From positions 434,001-498,000 of the forward strand of contig UYFQ01000023.1 of the NCBI GenBank assembly GCA_900617105.1: a DNA stretch of 64,000 bases, read 5' to 3'. Position 1 is the first letter of the stretch, and each line of letters starts with the position of its first letter. Shown piece after piece: positions 20,055-29,918 of this stretch. The DNA is from Hydrurus foetidus. Its lineage: Eukaryota. The notes under the pieces were generated by a model. The model worked only from the letters and a program-made list of their open reading frames with translations. It ran no database searches and had not been told where the DNA came from. A program made the translations under genes and the position numbers.

Positions 20055-21764
20055 CTAATCGGCAAAGGCAGGGCCAGCCCCTTGCGCATCCCCTGCGATC
20101 CCCGATGAAGCCTGTGCCATGGTTTTGATCGTTGTCGCGCTTCCTCGGCGCACCGTGTCGCGGCCAATCACATCACGCGCTAGGTTGATGCCAAAAGCTT
20201 GTCGCAAAGCACCCACCTTCGCACTCAGCACCGTGGTGTCACCCATAGCGGGGCCGTGGCGCTGCAACAGCATGTAGGCATTTTCAATAAGCTTGGCATT
20301 CAAATGCTCCTCACCATAAGCAAACAACCGCTCCACAGCCGCATGGTGATTGCCCGCCATGCTCATTGACATGCTTTTGTTGGCAAGTAAATTGATCTCA
20401 ACATTGCAGGCATTGATCACCTCTTGGAAAGGTAGATGCTGGCGCACCGTGTTGCTCAGCTGATCAACCAACGCACGGGCACGGCAGTAGCGCATACCGA
20501 TGGCTTTGACCCAAGCCTCTGCCTCGGGCAAAGGCACCTGAAACGCAATGGCTTGAGCGATCAGCAAACCCAGGTTGCAAGCTGCTTCAAAGTCGAAACT
20601 GGGTTCACGCAACTCAGCAGCCAGGGTGCTCAAAGCCAATGCAGAATCGTCCAAACGACCCGAAATCAACAATTGCAGCACCGCCACCACTTTTTGAAAA
20701 CGTCGCAAACGCTCGCTGTCCGGTTGACTTTCCACTGCTTTTGTCAAATCGTCATAGCAGCGAGTAAGTACTTTGCGGTCTTTGGCATGCAGACAGCAAA
20801 ACCCCAACAACACAAAGCTTTGGTAATCGAACATTTTGGAGTCTGAGCCCAAAATAGCACACTGAGCCAAGGCACGGTGCGCAGTTTTGTAGTCGCCCAT
20901 GTAAAACACCATGATGCCGTGCTTTTGCACCCGCGAGATGGAACCGGGTGTCAGCTCAGTGGCTTTTTTATAAGCTTCAATGGCTTGATCGTACTGGCCG
21001 GCTTCAACCTGAGCGCGACCAAGCACATCATAGGCATCGACAAATTTCGTATCTTCGGCAATCAACGCGTCGAGTGTAGTGATCGCCTGTGCCGCTTTGC
21101 CGCCATCCAATTGAGCGCGTGCCACACCCAATTTAGCCCAAGGGGCTGGTTTCTCGGCAAGTACCGCCTCAAACAGCTGCTTGGCCTGCTCGTGATGACC
21201 CATTCGTAGCAGCAAATCAGCCCCCATTCGAGCGGCAAATTGGCCATAAGGCATTTTTTTGCGAAAAAAGACCTCGCAAACTTTGGCAGCACGCTCAAAG
21301 TCTTCTGCCTCTAAAGGATCAAAAATGGGTTTGAGAAAAATTTTTCGCCGTCGGGCTTGGAGCAAGCGATCATGCAGCACACTGGGTTTATGCGGCTTGA
21401 GCAAGTAACCATCGAGCGATGATTCCGCAGCTTCAATCACCTTGGAATAGGTGGCTTCGCCGGTTACTATGATGAAGACGGTGGAAAAAGGTAACAACTG
21501 GGCGCGACGCAGATCGTCGAGCAAATCTTGACCTGTGTAACTGCTGTCGTGGTCAAAACTTTGTTCACACAGCACGAAATCTGCTTTTTTGGTCTCCAAA
21601 AACTTGCGGGCATCGCGCACCCGACCGAAATGGGCCACATCACCCATGCCAAAACCGCGCAATTGGTTAATCAGTACGCTGCGTGAAGTGGGATCACTGT
21701 CAATAACCAGAGCTCGGCAAACCGACAAATCTTTTTCAGACACCTTGGCTGCAGCATCGCTCAT
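20055..21764 (-). CDS. Receiver-domain + TPR response-regulator-like protein
   Basis: N-terminal REC (ALVID...FVLCE...IVTGE...YLLKP) followed by TPRs; start uncertain (ORF extends to 21812). Confidence 0.8.
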   Translation of the reverse strand: MSDAAAKVSEKDLSVCRALVIDSDPTSRSVLINQLRGFGMGDVAHFGRVRDARKFLETKKADFVLCEQSFDHDSSYTGQDLLDDLRRAQLLPFSTVFIIVTGEATYSKVIEAAESSLDGYLLKPHKPSVLHDRLLQARRRKIFLKPIFDPLEAEDFERAAKVCEVFFRKKMPYGQFAARMGADLLLRMGHHEQAKQLFEAVLAEKPAPWAKLGVARAQLDGGKAAQAITTLDALIAEDTKFVDAYDVLGRAQVEAGQYDQAIEAYKKATELTPGSISRVQKHGIMVFYMGDYKTAHRALAQCAILGSDSKMFDYQSFVLLGFCCLHAKDRKVLTRCYDDLTKAVESQPDSERLRRFQKVVAVLQLLISGRLDDSALALSTLAAELREPSFDFEAACNLGLLIAQAIAFQVPLPEAEAWVKAIGMRYCRARALVDQLSNTVRQHLPFQEVINACNVEINLLANKSMSMSMAGNHHAAVERLFAYGEEHLNAKLIENAYMLLQRHGPAMGDTTVLSAKVGALRQAFGINLARDVIGRDTVRRGSATTIKTMAQASSGIAGDAQGAGPAFAD

Positions 21765-21856
21765 AGAAGTACCTTTCATCCTGCACAAGCTGCCAGCGCA
21801 ACTTTTGTGCAAATGAATGTAACACCGTGCTTAAAAAAAGAGGGGCAAAGGGGCTT

Positions 21857-24634
21857 TCAGCGCTTGAGCAGAGCCTTCAGCACATTTTGAACACGCCGTG
21901 ACTCGTCCGCATTGAACGGGCTGGCCAGAACTTTGGCCGCGTCTTGGCCCCAGGTTTGGGCGGGTGGTGGATCGTTTCGGCGGGTCAGCAGCTGGAGTTG
22001 CAACATACGGCGGGCTGATAGATGCTCAGCAGGTGTAGGCACTTCAGCGGCCATCTCTAAACGCAACAAGGCTTCAGCGCTGCCGCCAGCCGGGGAAGTC
22101 GCCAAGGCTTGTACCCAGGCACCACGCACAGCGGGTGACACGCCACGGCCCAAGTCTTGCAGGCTGGGCAAGTGGGTCGCATCACGGGTTTCCCAGGCCG
22201 TCATCAGCTGGGTGAGGGTTTCACCGTGGGCTTGGGCGGCCAGCTTGCGCAGGGCCAAATCAGCACGCTCCAAGGCTTCACGCTGGGCCCGGAAAGCCAC
22301 GTCACCCAAGCGAGGGCCACGGTCTTCAAACGCAGGGCGGTCACCAAAACGCGGGCCACGATCACCAAAATTGCCGCCAGGGGCTGCACCTGTGCGTGGG
22401 CCACGGTCACCGCCAAAGCCGCCACGGCCAGCACCAGTGTCTTTGCGGTCGCCAAACTTGCCACCACGACCCGCAGGGGCAGCGGGCTCGGATTTCTTCA
22501 TGCCTGGACGATCATCACCACGCACTGCCACCACGGCCTTCACCACCTTGGGGGCAGCGGTTGGCGCAGGGGCGGGTTCTGCCGCAGCGGCAGAGTCGGT
22601 ATCTTGAACGGAGGCAGTCGCTGCTTCCATTACGGCTTCAACCGCTACGGTTTCAGTAGCATCATCCGCAGATTCTGCCAGCTGCAAGGGGTTTTTTTGC
22701 GCCTCATCTACTTGTGCAGCCTGAACCGCTTGCGCCACCACGGCCTGGGCCTGGGCTTGACCGCGCAGGGCAGCCTCTAAGCCAGCCACCGCAGCGCGGA
22801 TTTTCTGCGCATCGCCGCTGGCGTTGGCAGCTTCCAACGCTTTGGCAGCGTCCAGCACCATGCGGTCACGCTCACTCAGTGAAGAGGCGGCTTTCTCGCG
22901 CTCCACGGTCTTGCGGTTGAAGGCATCGTCAATGGGCTTGCGGAAGCTGTCCCACAGCTTTTGCTCAAACTTGCGGTCTAAAGGCACGGTTTGTGCCTCG
23001 GTTTGCCAGCGGTACTGCAAGGCTTTCACCGCGTCGATGTTCAGCATCGGGGCTTCGCCCAAGACAGCCGCTTCTTGCACCATAGCTTGGCGAACCAGCA
23101 CGCTTTGCTTTTGTGCCGCTTCAATCGGGGCCGCAGCCGCTTGGAAGGTTTCTTTCCACAGAGGTTGCAGTTCAGCGAACATTTTTTCGCCGATATGGCC
23201 TGAATCGCGCCAACGGTCGCCAAACTGGTACAGCGCACGGTTGAAGGCTTTCCACTCGTGAGGCTCGGTACGCTCGACGTTGCGCTGCGTCCAAGCTTTC
23301 AGCTCTTCAATCAGGGCAAGGCGCTGAGCGCGGTTTTCAGCCGATTCGGCCTTGATTTTTTCCAGCCAGACTTCGACCACCTTGTAGGCTTCGTTGCAGG
23401 CTTCGTCAAAACGCTTCCACAGCGCATGGTTGGGCACGCCGCCTTGGTCGGTTTGCTTCCACTGGTCACGCAGGGTGCGCAGGGTTTCTTGCACTTTGCG
23501 CCCACCAAGGGTTTGGCCTTCAGGGCGGTTCAGCATGGCTTCGGCTTTGCCGACCAGCTCTTCGCGCAGTTGATCGGCACGCCAGCGCTGCCAGCCTTCC
23601 AGTTCACCGGCAGCGGCCAGTGCAGCGTGGGCTTGGGTTTCCAGCGCGTCGTCGATCAGACGGCCATGTTCCTTGAGCGTGTTGCGCATGGCTGCGGCGG
23701 CGCTGGTGCTGGCTTTGCCGTGACCGAGAGCTACTTCTTGCTCTAATTTAAGGAGCGCCTCTTGCACAGCTTGTGTTGATTTGGCGCGGATTTCAGGGTC
23801 AATCGGTGCCTTGGGGGCGCGGGGGGCTTTGGATTCAGCCTCTACAGAGCCGCCACGGGCAATGCGCAGCTCGTCGGCCCAGACGGGCACGGGTGGCAGA
23901 GGTGCAGCGGCATCCGCCGCTGCAGCCACAGCGAGGGCCACAGCGGCACCAAAAGCATCCCAGACCACCAACAATTGCGCCTTGGAAGCGTCCAGCAAGG
24001 CGGGGAATTTCGCATCCACGCTGGCCCAACCGGCATCGGCCACCAACGCAGCAGCTTGGTCTTGCCAATGGGCCACATCGGGACGCAGCACCTCAAGCGC
24101 AGTTTGAGCGTCTTTCCAGGGCTTGGTGGACAGCACTTCGATGCGCTGCGCCAACAGCACAGCGGCTTCGCGCTGTACCTGCACGCGGTGTTGCAAATCT
24201 TCGATGCCTTTGACGCGCTCGGTCAGTTGCACTTTCAGCAGCGACAGCGGCTCACGGCTCAGCGGTGCGCCGTTTTTGGCGGCATCGCGCTGCCAGGCCA
24301 AAGCATCGGCAATGTTGAGGCGGGGCAAGGCCAGCAGCGCGTTGGCGCGTGCTGCCCATTCCACGGCCAGCAGCTCTTGGCCCTTGGCACGCTTGAGTTC
24401 ATCGAGCTTCTCGCGCAGGGGCTTAGCAGCACCTTTGTCGCGGGTTTGCAGCTCTTTGAACACGTCTTGCATCTGCTCTTGGGTAGGCTCGGTAGCGAGC
24501 CAGTCGCGGATGCGGGCAGCACGCTCGCTGGACGTGGCGGCGGTGAACGCGCCGTGGGTCAGTTTGTCAAGCGTGGGGGTATCGGTGGATTTGGAGGAGG
24601 CAGACATGGCGGCAGAGGCTTCTTCTAAGGGCAA
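21857..24634 (-). CDS. DUF349 domain-containing protein
   Basis: Helical repeats QWK...G...ALWKRFDEAC and QKLWDSFRKPID; Gly/Arg-rich segment; alternative ATG start at 24607. Confidence 0.75.
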   Translation of the reverse strand: MPLEEASAAMSASSKSTDTPTLDKLTHGAFTAATSSERAARIRDWLATEPTQEQMQDVFKELQTRDKGAAKPLREKLDELKRAKGQELLAVEWAARANALLALPRLNIADALAWQRDAAKNGAPLSREPLSLLKVQLTERVKGIEDLQHRVQVQREAAVLLAQRIEVLSTKPWKDAQTALEVLRPDVAHWQDQAAALVADAGWASVDAKFPALLDASKAQLLVVWDAFGAAVALAVAAAADAAAPLPPVPVWADELRIARGGSVEAESKAPRAPKAPIDPEIRAKSTQAVQEALLKLEQEVALGHGKASTSAAAAMRNTLKEHGRLIDDALETQAHAALAAAGELEGWQRWRADQLREELVGKAEAMLNRPEGQTLGGRKVQETLRTLRDQWKQTDQGGVPNHALWKRFDEACNEAYKVVEVWLEKIKAESAENRAQRLALIEELKAWTQRNVERTEPHEWKAFNRALYQFGDRWRDSGHIGEKMFAELQPLWKETFQAAAAPIEAAQKQSVLVRQAMVQEAAVLGEAPMLNIDAVKALQYRWQTEAQTVPLDRKFEQKLWDSFRKPIDDAFNRKTVEREKAASSLSERDRMVLDAAKALEAANASGDAQKIRAAVAGLEAALRGQAQAQAVVAQAVQAAQVDEAQKNPLQLAESADDATETVAVEAVMEAATASVQDTDSAAAAEPAPAPTAAPKVVKAVVAVRGDDRPGMKKSEPAAPAGRGGKFGDRKDTGAGRGGFGGDRGPRTGAAPGGNFGDRGPRFGDRPAFEDRGPRLGDVAFRAQREALERADLALRKLAAQAHGETLTQLMTAWETRDATHLPSLQDLGRGVSPAVRGAWVQALATSPAGGSAEALLRLEMAAEVPTPAEHLSARRMLQLQLLTRRNDPPPAQTWGQDAAKVLASPFNADESRRVQNVLKALLKR
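22644..22660 (+). repeat. Dispersed 17-bp element inside the DUF349 gene (linker)
   Basis: GCTACGGTTTCAGTAGC-ATCATC-CGC-AGATTCTGCCAGC. Confidence 0.7.
23740..23756 (+). repeat. Dispersed 17-bp element inside the DUF349 gene (different frame)
   Basis: GCTCTAATTTAAGGAGC-GCCTCT-TGC; codons CTC CTT AAA TTA GAG. Confidence 0.6.
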
Positions 24635-24731
24635 ATAGGGCGCAGCGCTTGGACGCTGCTTAACCCTCTATTATCTACGCTGTCCCCGGTACACCGCTTG
24701 CTACCTCAGTTATGCCTCGGTTGCGTCTGAG

Positions 24732-27700
24732 TTAAGGCATCGTCAAACTCAATTCGGCACGCGGACGGCCCTTGTCACCGGAAGCTTCTGCCTTCGCCGA
24801 CCCCAAGAACAAACGCTCCATCGGCAGCGCTTTGCCCACCAAATAGTCCCGAACCGCCACACCCCGCTGCGTGGCCAGTTGACGCATGGCTTCGGGCGTG
24901 GCAGGCAGGTTAGCAAGCAGCAAATTTTCCATCTCGATCGGGGATAAGTCTTTGGTTATACCGATGGCGTTGCGCGGCTTGGGCATGTCGGCACGTTTGT
25001 AAGCCTCTTTGAGCAGCACGGGGTATTCGGTATCGGTGATGGGGACTGCGGTACTGGTGGCCCCCTGCCCTTTTTGGACTAACAGCAAGGCGTTCAAGCG
25101 CTCGCGTTGAAACGCATCGCGCTCGCTTTCTATATCAGCAGAACCAGCCACCGTCATGCGCAGCGCGGGGCGGTCGATCAGGGCTTGGGCCACCTTATCG
25201 AGCCGCTGCTGAGCGCCAAGGCTCAAACGGGCACTGCCGGGCGCAAAGGCCACCACACTGTGGTCGCCACCGCCCGCACCACCACCGAAAGCCGCAGACA
25301 ACAGACTGAAGGGTGCCGTCAAAGCCTTGCCAATCACATTGCCGATGATTTTAAAAATCAGCGGGCCGATGCGAAATTGCGGGTCATTGAGCGAGCCGCT
25401 GAGGGGCAAATCCAGATCAATCACGCCGTTGCGGTCGGCCAGCAGGGCCACGGCCAGCTTCACGGGCAGGCTGGCTGTCGCACCTTTGACGGCATCGCCA
25501 AAGCTAAGTTGGTTCAGTACCAGCTTGTTGGTGGCGATGAGCTGGCCGTCGGGTTGAACAAGGTAGTTCACGTCCAGACTGAGCTTGCCGCGCTCGATGC
25601 CGTGCCCGGCGTATTTGATGGCGTAGGTGGAAAGGGGGGGCAATTCCAAATCACGCACCCGTCCTTGAATGTCCAATGCCAGCGGGTTCGCCAGCGGGTT
25701 CAGTTTGCCAACAATCTCCAGCGACGCAGAACCTTCCGCGCGGCCCCGCAGTGCGAGATCGGCCAACTGCACCCCACCTGTTTGCGCCGAGGCATCGTTT
25801 GAGAAAGCGCTCAGCCGCCCGGTCAACTCAGTCAAATCCGCCGAGTAGTTGGGCTTGACGAAGTGGTCAGAGAAAAAGACTTTGCCGTTGAGCAAACTGA
25901 CGGGGCCAACGTGAACGATGGCGGCTTTGGCAGCGCTGGCATCTGTCACCGGAGCCTCTTTGCTCTCTTTCACAGCGTTGGTAGTGTCCCCTTTGCCTTT
26001 CCCCACCAAGTCTTGCAAATTGAGCCTACCGTTTTCATGCAGGATGATCCGGGCGAAAAAGTCGGACAGCACGGTTTCCTTCACGTCCACCAGGGTGGCC
26101 GTGCTGGGTGCGAGCTTGAAGGCCAGTCCACGCACAGCGAGGGCTTTCCAGCTCAGCAGTTCGCGGCTGGTGTTGGCTTCTGGCGCTATAAAAATAGTAG
26201 CTGGCGTCGCCGGTGTGCCCTTCTGAGAGAGGGTATTGGCACGGAAATCATCCACATTCACATCGCCACTCAGTGCGACTTGGGGGCCTGCGGGTGTTTG
26301 GCGAAATTGCACTTGACCTTGGTAGCTGGTGTCAGCGCGTACCAAGTCGAGGTTAAGCAGGCCTGTAGCGTAAGGCGCGAAGGCGTGAACGGGCAGGCGT
26401 TTGGCATCCACGGTGGCTTGCAAAGCGAGCGGTGCCAGCGCGAGGGTGCCGCGCACCGCCAGCGAGCCGGGGGCCGATTGCCCGGCACCGATGTTGGCAC
26501 TGAGGCTGATCGGCAGGGCTTTGTCGCTGGTAGGAGAAAAGTTTTTCAGGCTGAGCTTGAGGGCGGTCAGGTCAACATCCACAGGCTGAGCGGCGGCTTT
26601 GTCCGCGAAACGAACAGCACCACCTTCGACGTTGATATCCGCAATGGCGATTCTCCACGGCGCGGCAGGCTTGCTCACTGAAGATGGAGGCGACGATGAA
26701 GGTAATGCGGCAGGCAACGCTGAAGGTGCCACCACCTTCAGCCACCGCTCGAACATCCAATGCTGATCGGCCCCGCGTTCCACTCGGGTTTGAGGGGCTT
26801 TGACGGTGATGCCAGCAATGCTGATCTCTTGCTTGCTGAGTGCGACGGTGGCCGAAGTCACCGCGATGCTCTGCACGGAAGCGAGGACGTTGGTGGCTTT
26901 ATGAGCGTTGGTGGTGTTGGCGGATTTAGCCCCCTCCACCAAAGCCAGTTGGGTTAGGCTGAGTTGAGGGATGGAGAGCTTCAGCGTATTACCCTGCGCC
27001 TTCCAGTCCAGTTCCAGTTGGGTGTTCAACTGACCCTGCAAACGGGGCACAAGATGGGCGCTTAGGTAGCTGGAGGCCAGGGCCAAGGGCAATTCGGCCA
27101 CCGTGGCGTTGACGTGAGCAGCCTCCAGATTTGCAAATCCATCGAGCGTGAGCTTGCCCGGCGAGCCGCTCCCGTCTAGGCTGGCAGCCCCCTTGAAAGG
27201 CACGGCTTGCTTCATCGGCCACACCAAGTCGGTGGCGGCCAGGGTGACATGGTTCAGGCCCACCATAGCTTGGGGCTGGACGCTGGCATCGGCCCAATTG
27301 AAAGTGCCATCGTTGAGTGAGAGACGTTGCAACTCTACCTGCCATCCGCTGGATTTATCTGCACTCTTTGCGATGGATTCAGGAGCCTTTGTAGTTGGCT
27401 GTGGCGCTTCCGCATTGCTCGCTTTGACCGACACTGCCGCACGAGGCCATTGCAGTTGGCCGTCCGCCTCACGATGTATCACCATCTGCGGTGCTTGCAA
27501 TTCGATCGCTTCAAGTTTGATAATTTTCTCTAGTGGGCGCACATCCGCCAGCCGCACCGTGAGGTCTGCCAACCCCAACAAAGGCTGACCCGCCGGGGTG
27601 GCCACGCGAAGCTGGTGCGCAGCCACCGTGCCGCTGAGACGCACGCGGGTATCAGGCGTTTGCTCAAAACCAAGTTTCACATCCACATCCAACAACGCTG

Positions 27701-28460
27701 CTTGCAGCTTCACGGGCAGCGTGGTGGGCAGGTAAGGCAAGTACGGCTTGATGTCCAGGCCAGCCACCTTCAGTGTGGCCTCGGTTTGGCGGGTTTGGGC
27801 GAAAGGCGTGCCCTCAGCGGCGGTGTTAAAACGGCTGCCGTTCAACACAAAGGAGAGGTGGGGCGTGACCTTCACATCGCGCTTGGAGGGCAGGTTGCTC
27901 AGAAACGGCACGGCGATGTGCAGGTCACGCAGGGTGTGGGGACGGTCTTGGTCGATGAAATCGACGGCCCCATCAGTCAGCGACAGGTTGTACAGCGCAA
28001 ACAGAGCGGGTTTCTCAGCTTGGGCAGGCACGGGTTTAGCGAGGCGAGCCAGGATGTCATCAATGTCGTAACCACCGCCAGATTGGCGCACCAGCCGCAA
28101 CTGCAGAGCCTCCACGGTGATGGCATCGACCACAGGGGCCAGTTGCCAAAGGGAATCAATGGCTGCGTCCACCACCATGCGCTTCACCCGCAACTGGGAC
28201 GGGCCTCCATCAGCCGCCGAGACCACCACCTCATCCAAACCCAGCGTGAGTGACCAGGGGCTGAAATCCACCGAGGCCACGCTGACAACACGGCCCAGCT
28301 TTTCGCTGCCCATGCTCGTTATACCGCGCTTGACCAACCACGGTAACCACGCCGTGCTGCTCACCCCCACGACAGCGATGAAGGCGACAACCAAGGCCAA
28401 GGCGTTAAAGCCCTTGCGAAGCCTCGTTGAGGCTGGTTTTGGGGGTGTTTGAGGGTTCAT
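24732..28460 (-). CDS. DUF748 domain-containing protein (AsmA-like repeats, OmpA-like C-terminal part)
   Basis: N-terminal TM, repeated beta-rich units, LPVKLAVALLADRNGVIDLDLPLSGSLNDPQF, FAPGSARL. Confidence 0.8.
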   Translation of the reverse strand: MNPQTPPKPASTRLRKGFNALALVVAFIAVVGVSSTAWLPWLVKRGITSMGSEKLGRVVSVASVDFSPWSLTLGLDEVVVSAADGGPSQLRVKRMVVDAAIDSLWQLAPVVDAITVEALQLRLVRQSGGGYDIDDILARLAKPVPAQAEKPALFALYNLSLTDGAVDFIDQDRPHTLRDLHIAVPFLSNLPSKRDVKVTPHLSFVLNGSRFNTAAEGTPFAQTRQTEATLKVAGLDIKPYLPYLPTTLPVKLQAALLDVDVKLGFEQTPDTRVRLSGTVAAHQLRVATPAGQPLLGLADLTVRLADVRPLEKIIKLEAIELQAPQMVIHREADGQLQWPRAAVSVKASNAEAPQPTTKAPESIAKSADKSSGWQVELQRLSLNDGTFNWADASVQPQAMVGLNHVTLAATDLVWPMKQAVPFKGAASLDGSGSPGKLTLDGFANLEAAHVNATVAELPLALASSYLSAHLVPRLQGQLNTQLELDWKAQGNTLKLSIPQLSLTQLALVEGAKSANTTNAHKATNVLASVQSIAVTSATVALSKQEISIAGITVKAPQTRVERGADQHWMFERWLKVVAPSALPAALPSSSPPSSVSKPAAPWRIAIADINVEGGAVRFADKAAAQPVDVDLTALKLSLKNFSPTSDKALPISLSANIGAGQSAPGSLAVRGTLALAPLALQATVDAKRLPVHAFAPYATGLLNLDLVRADTSYQGQVQFRQTPAGPQVALSGDVNVDDFRANTLSQKGTPATPATIFIAPEANTSRELLSWKALAVRGLAFKLAPSTATLVDVKETVLSDFFARIILHENGRLNLQDLVGKGKGDTTNAVKESKEAPVTDASAAKAAIVHVGPVSLLNGKVFFSDHFVKPNYSADLTELTGRLSAFSNDASAQTGGVQLADLALRGRAEGSASLEIVGKLNPLANPLALDIQGRVRDLELPPLSTYAIKYAGHGIERGKLSLDVNYLVQPDGQLIATNKLVLNQLSFGDAVKGATASLPVKLAVALLADRNGVIDLDLPLSGSLNDPQFRIGPLIFKIIGNVIGKALTAPFSLLSAAFGGGAGGGDHSVVAFAPGSARLSLGAQQRLDKVAQALIDRPALRMTVAGSADIESERDAFQRERLNALLLVQKGQGATSTAVPITDTEYPVLLKEAYKRADMPKPRNAIGITKDLSPIEMENLLLANLPATPEAMRQLATQRGVAVRDYLVGKALPMERLFLGSAKAEASGDKGRPRAELSLTMP
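26185..26201 (+). repeat. Dispersed 17-bp element inside the DUF748 gene
   Basis: GCTATAAAAATAGTAGC-TGGCGT-CGC. Confidence 0.72.
27370..27386 (-). repeat. Dispersed 17-bp element inside the DUF748 gene (degenerate)
   Basis: Reverse complement GCTCCTGAATCCATCGC-AAAGAG-TGC-AGATAAATCCAGC. Confidence 0.55.
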
Positions 28461-28862
28461 AAGGGCTATTTTCTGTGGAAATACACAGGTTTTTCAGGCA
28501 TTTTGCGTCAATTTACACAATTTTCACAGGCAAATTGCGTAGCACCAAAGCTATACGCTACAGGTGCAAATGGCTATTCATCGCTCGTCTTATGTTTAAT
28601 TTGAGTATAAAGAATCTATTTTTTATTATTGACTAGACATATGGATGCCTCCTAGAATCCGCCCATTCCACGTCGTTGACCTGGGAAAACCCGAACTCGC
28701 TGCCGATTCCGGCTAGATTTTGTTGTTGCACATCCCCGCAGTTGCCTTCATGGCGACGCCCGCAGCAGTCAAAATTGCGTACCTTAAACAAACGGGTGCC
28801 TTTGTTTTTTGGAGCCTCAGCGGCTTCCCCCACATTGAGCACTCGCGAGCAGAGGAAATGCT

Positions 28863-29687
28863 ATGACAGCTTTCAAACAGCTCACCCAGCGTGCCAAAGA
28901 CATCACGTCTTACGTCACCCGAGGTGTTTTCAACATCACCCACAATGGCTTTGCCCTGTTGGGTTTGGCGGTGGTTTTCACCGTACTCGGCCTGTTGGCC
29001 CAACCTGAACTGCGCCAAACCGGAGAAGCGCAATTGATGGCGTGGCTGCAAGCCCGTCAGATTGAAACCGTAGGCATGGAAGTCGAGGCTGATGCCACCG
29101 ACCGCGCCACCGCCACCAACCCCAAGAGCCTGCCCAAATCGCAAGCCGCCCTCGCCTACTGGCTGAGCAAAAAATACCGCGTGGCACCCGAGCCTGTGAG
29201 CGCATTGGTCGCTGAAGCCTTTGAGGTCAGCAAACGTGCTCGCTTAGAACCCACGCTGATTTTGGCGGTGATGGCGATTGAATCAGGCTTCAACCCGTTC
29301 GCTCAAAGCCCCGTGGGTGCACAAGGCCTGATGCAGGTGATGACCTCGGTGCATACCGACAAGTACGAAAATTTTGGCGGTAAGCTCGCCGCGTTTGACC
29401 CGGTGACCAACCTGCGGGTGGGTGTGAAGGTGTTGCAAGATTGCATCGCCAGAGCAGGCTCTCTCGAAGGCGGCCTGCGGCAGTATGTCGGTGCCAGCAG
29501 CGGTGACGACGGTGGCTATACCCATAAAGTGCTGCAAGAAAACCAGCGTTTGCAGCAAGTCGTTGCTGGTCGCTTGGTACCTACTACCAACCCCGTAGTG
29601 GCAGCACCTGTACCCGTCAAAGTCACCACACCTAAGTCGGAGGAAACCGCCGTTCAAAAAGTTGCGGCACTGACCTCAATGCAATGA
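28863..29687 (+). CDS. Lytic transglycosylase (SLT domain)
   Basis: ILAVMAIESGFNPFAQSPVGAQGLMQVM, DPVTNLRVG. Confidence 0.9.
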   Translation: MTAFKQLTQRAKDITSYVTRGVFNITHNGFALLGLAVVFTVLGLLAQPELRQTGEAQLMAWLQARQIETVGMEVEADATDRATATNPKSLPKSQAALAYWLSKKYRVAPEPVSALVAEAFEVSKRARLEPTLILAVMAIESGFNPFAQSPVGAQGLMQVMTSVHTDKYENFGGKLAAFDPVTNLRVGVKVLQDCIARAGSLEGGLRQYVGASSGDDGGYTHKVLQENQRLQQVVAGRLVPTTNPVVAAPVPVKVTTPKSEETAVQKVAALTSMQ

Positions 29688-29716
29688 GACCCCTGGGGCT
29701 GAGCTACACTTAACAA

Positions 29717-29861
29717 GTACGCAACTGGCGATAGGCACCCAAGGCTCACAGGCTGATACGGTGCTGACGTGGACTCACACACCCGCTGTGTGGCAACCAC
29801 TGGGAAGCGTACCGCCGCAGGGCAACAGCCCCAAGGTGTTCAGCCGTTCGCCTGGGCAGCC
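29717..29861 (+). promoter_or_regulatory. ZMP/ZTP (pfl) riboswitch upstream of glyA
   Basis: P1 GTACGC/GCGTAC, AACTGGCG, P2 GTGG/CCAC, GGGAAGCG, 3' GCCGTTCGCCTGGGC (CGCC can pair with GGCG); -10-like TACACT at 29705-29710. Confidence 0.88.
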
Positions 29862-29918
29862 CTTGTAGGTAAACCATACGTTGGCTTATCCGCAAGGAAC
29901 ACCGTCTGAAGGACTGCC

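Noticed and set aside
28527..28543. CAGGCAAATTGCGTAGC as a copy of the dispersed element
   Set aside because: Only one half-site and no +6 YGC; not counted.
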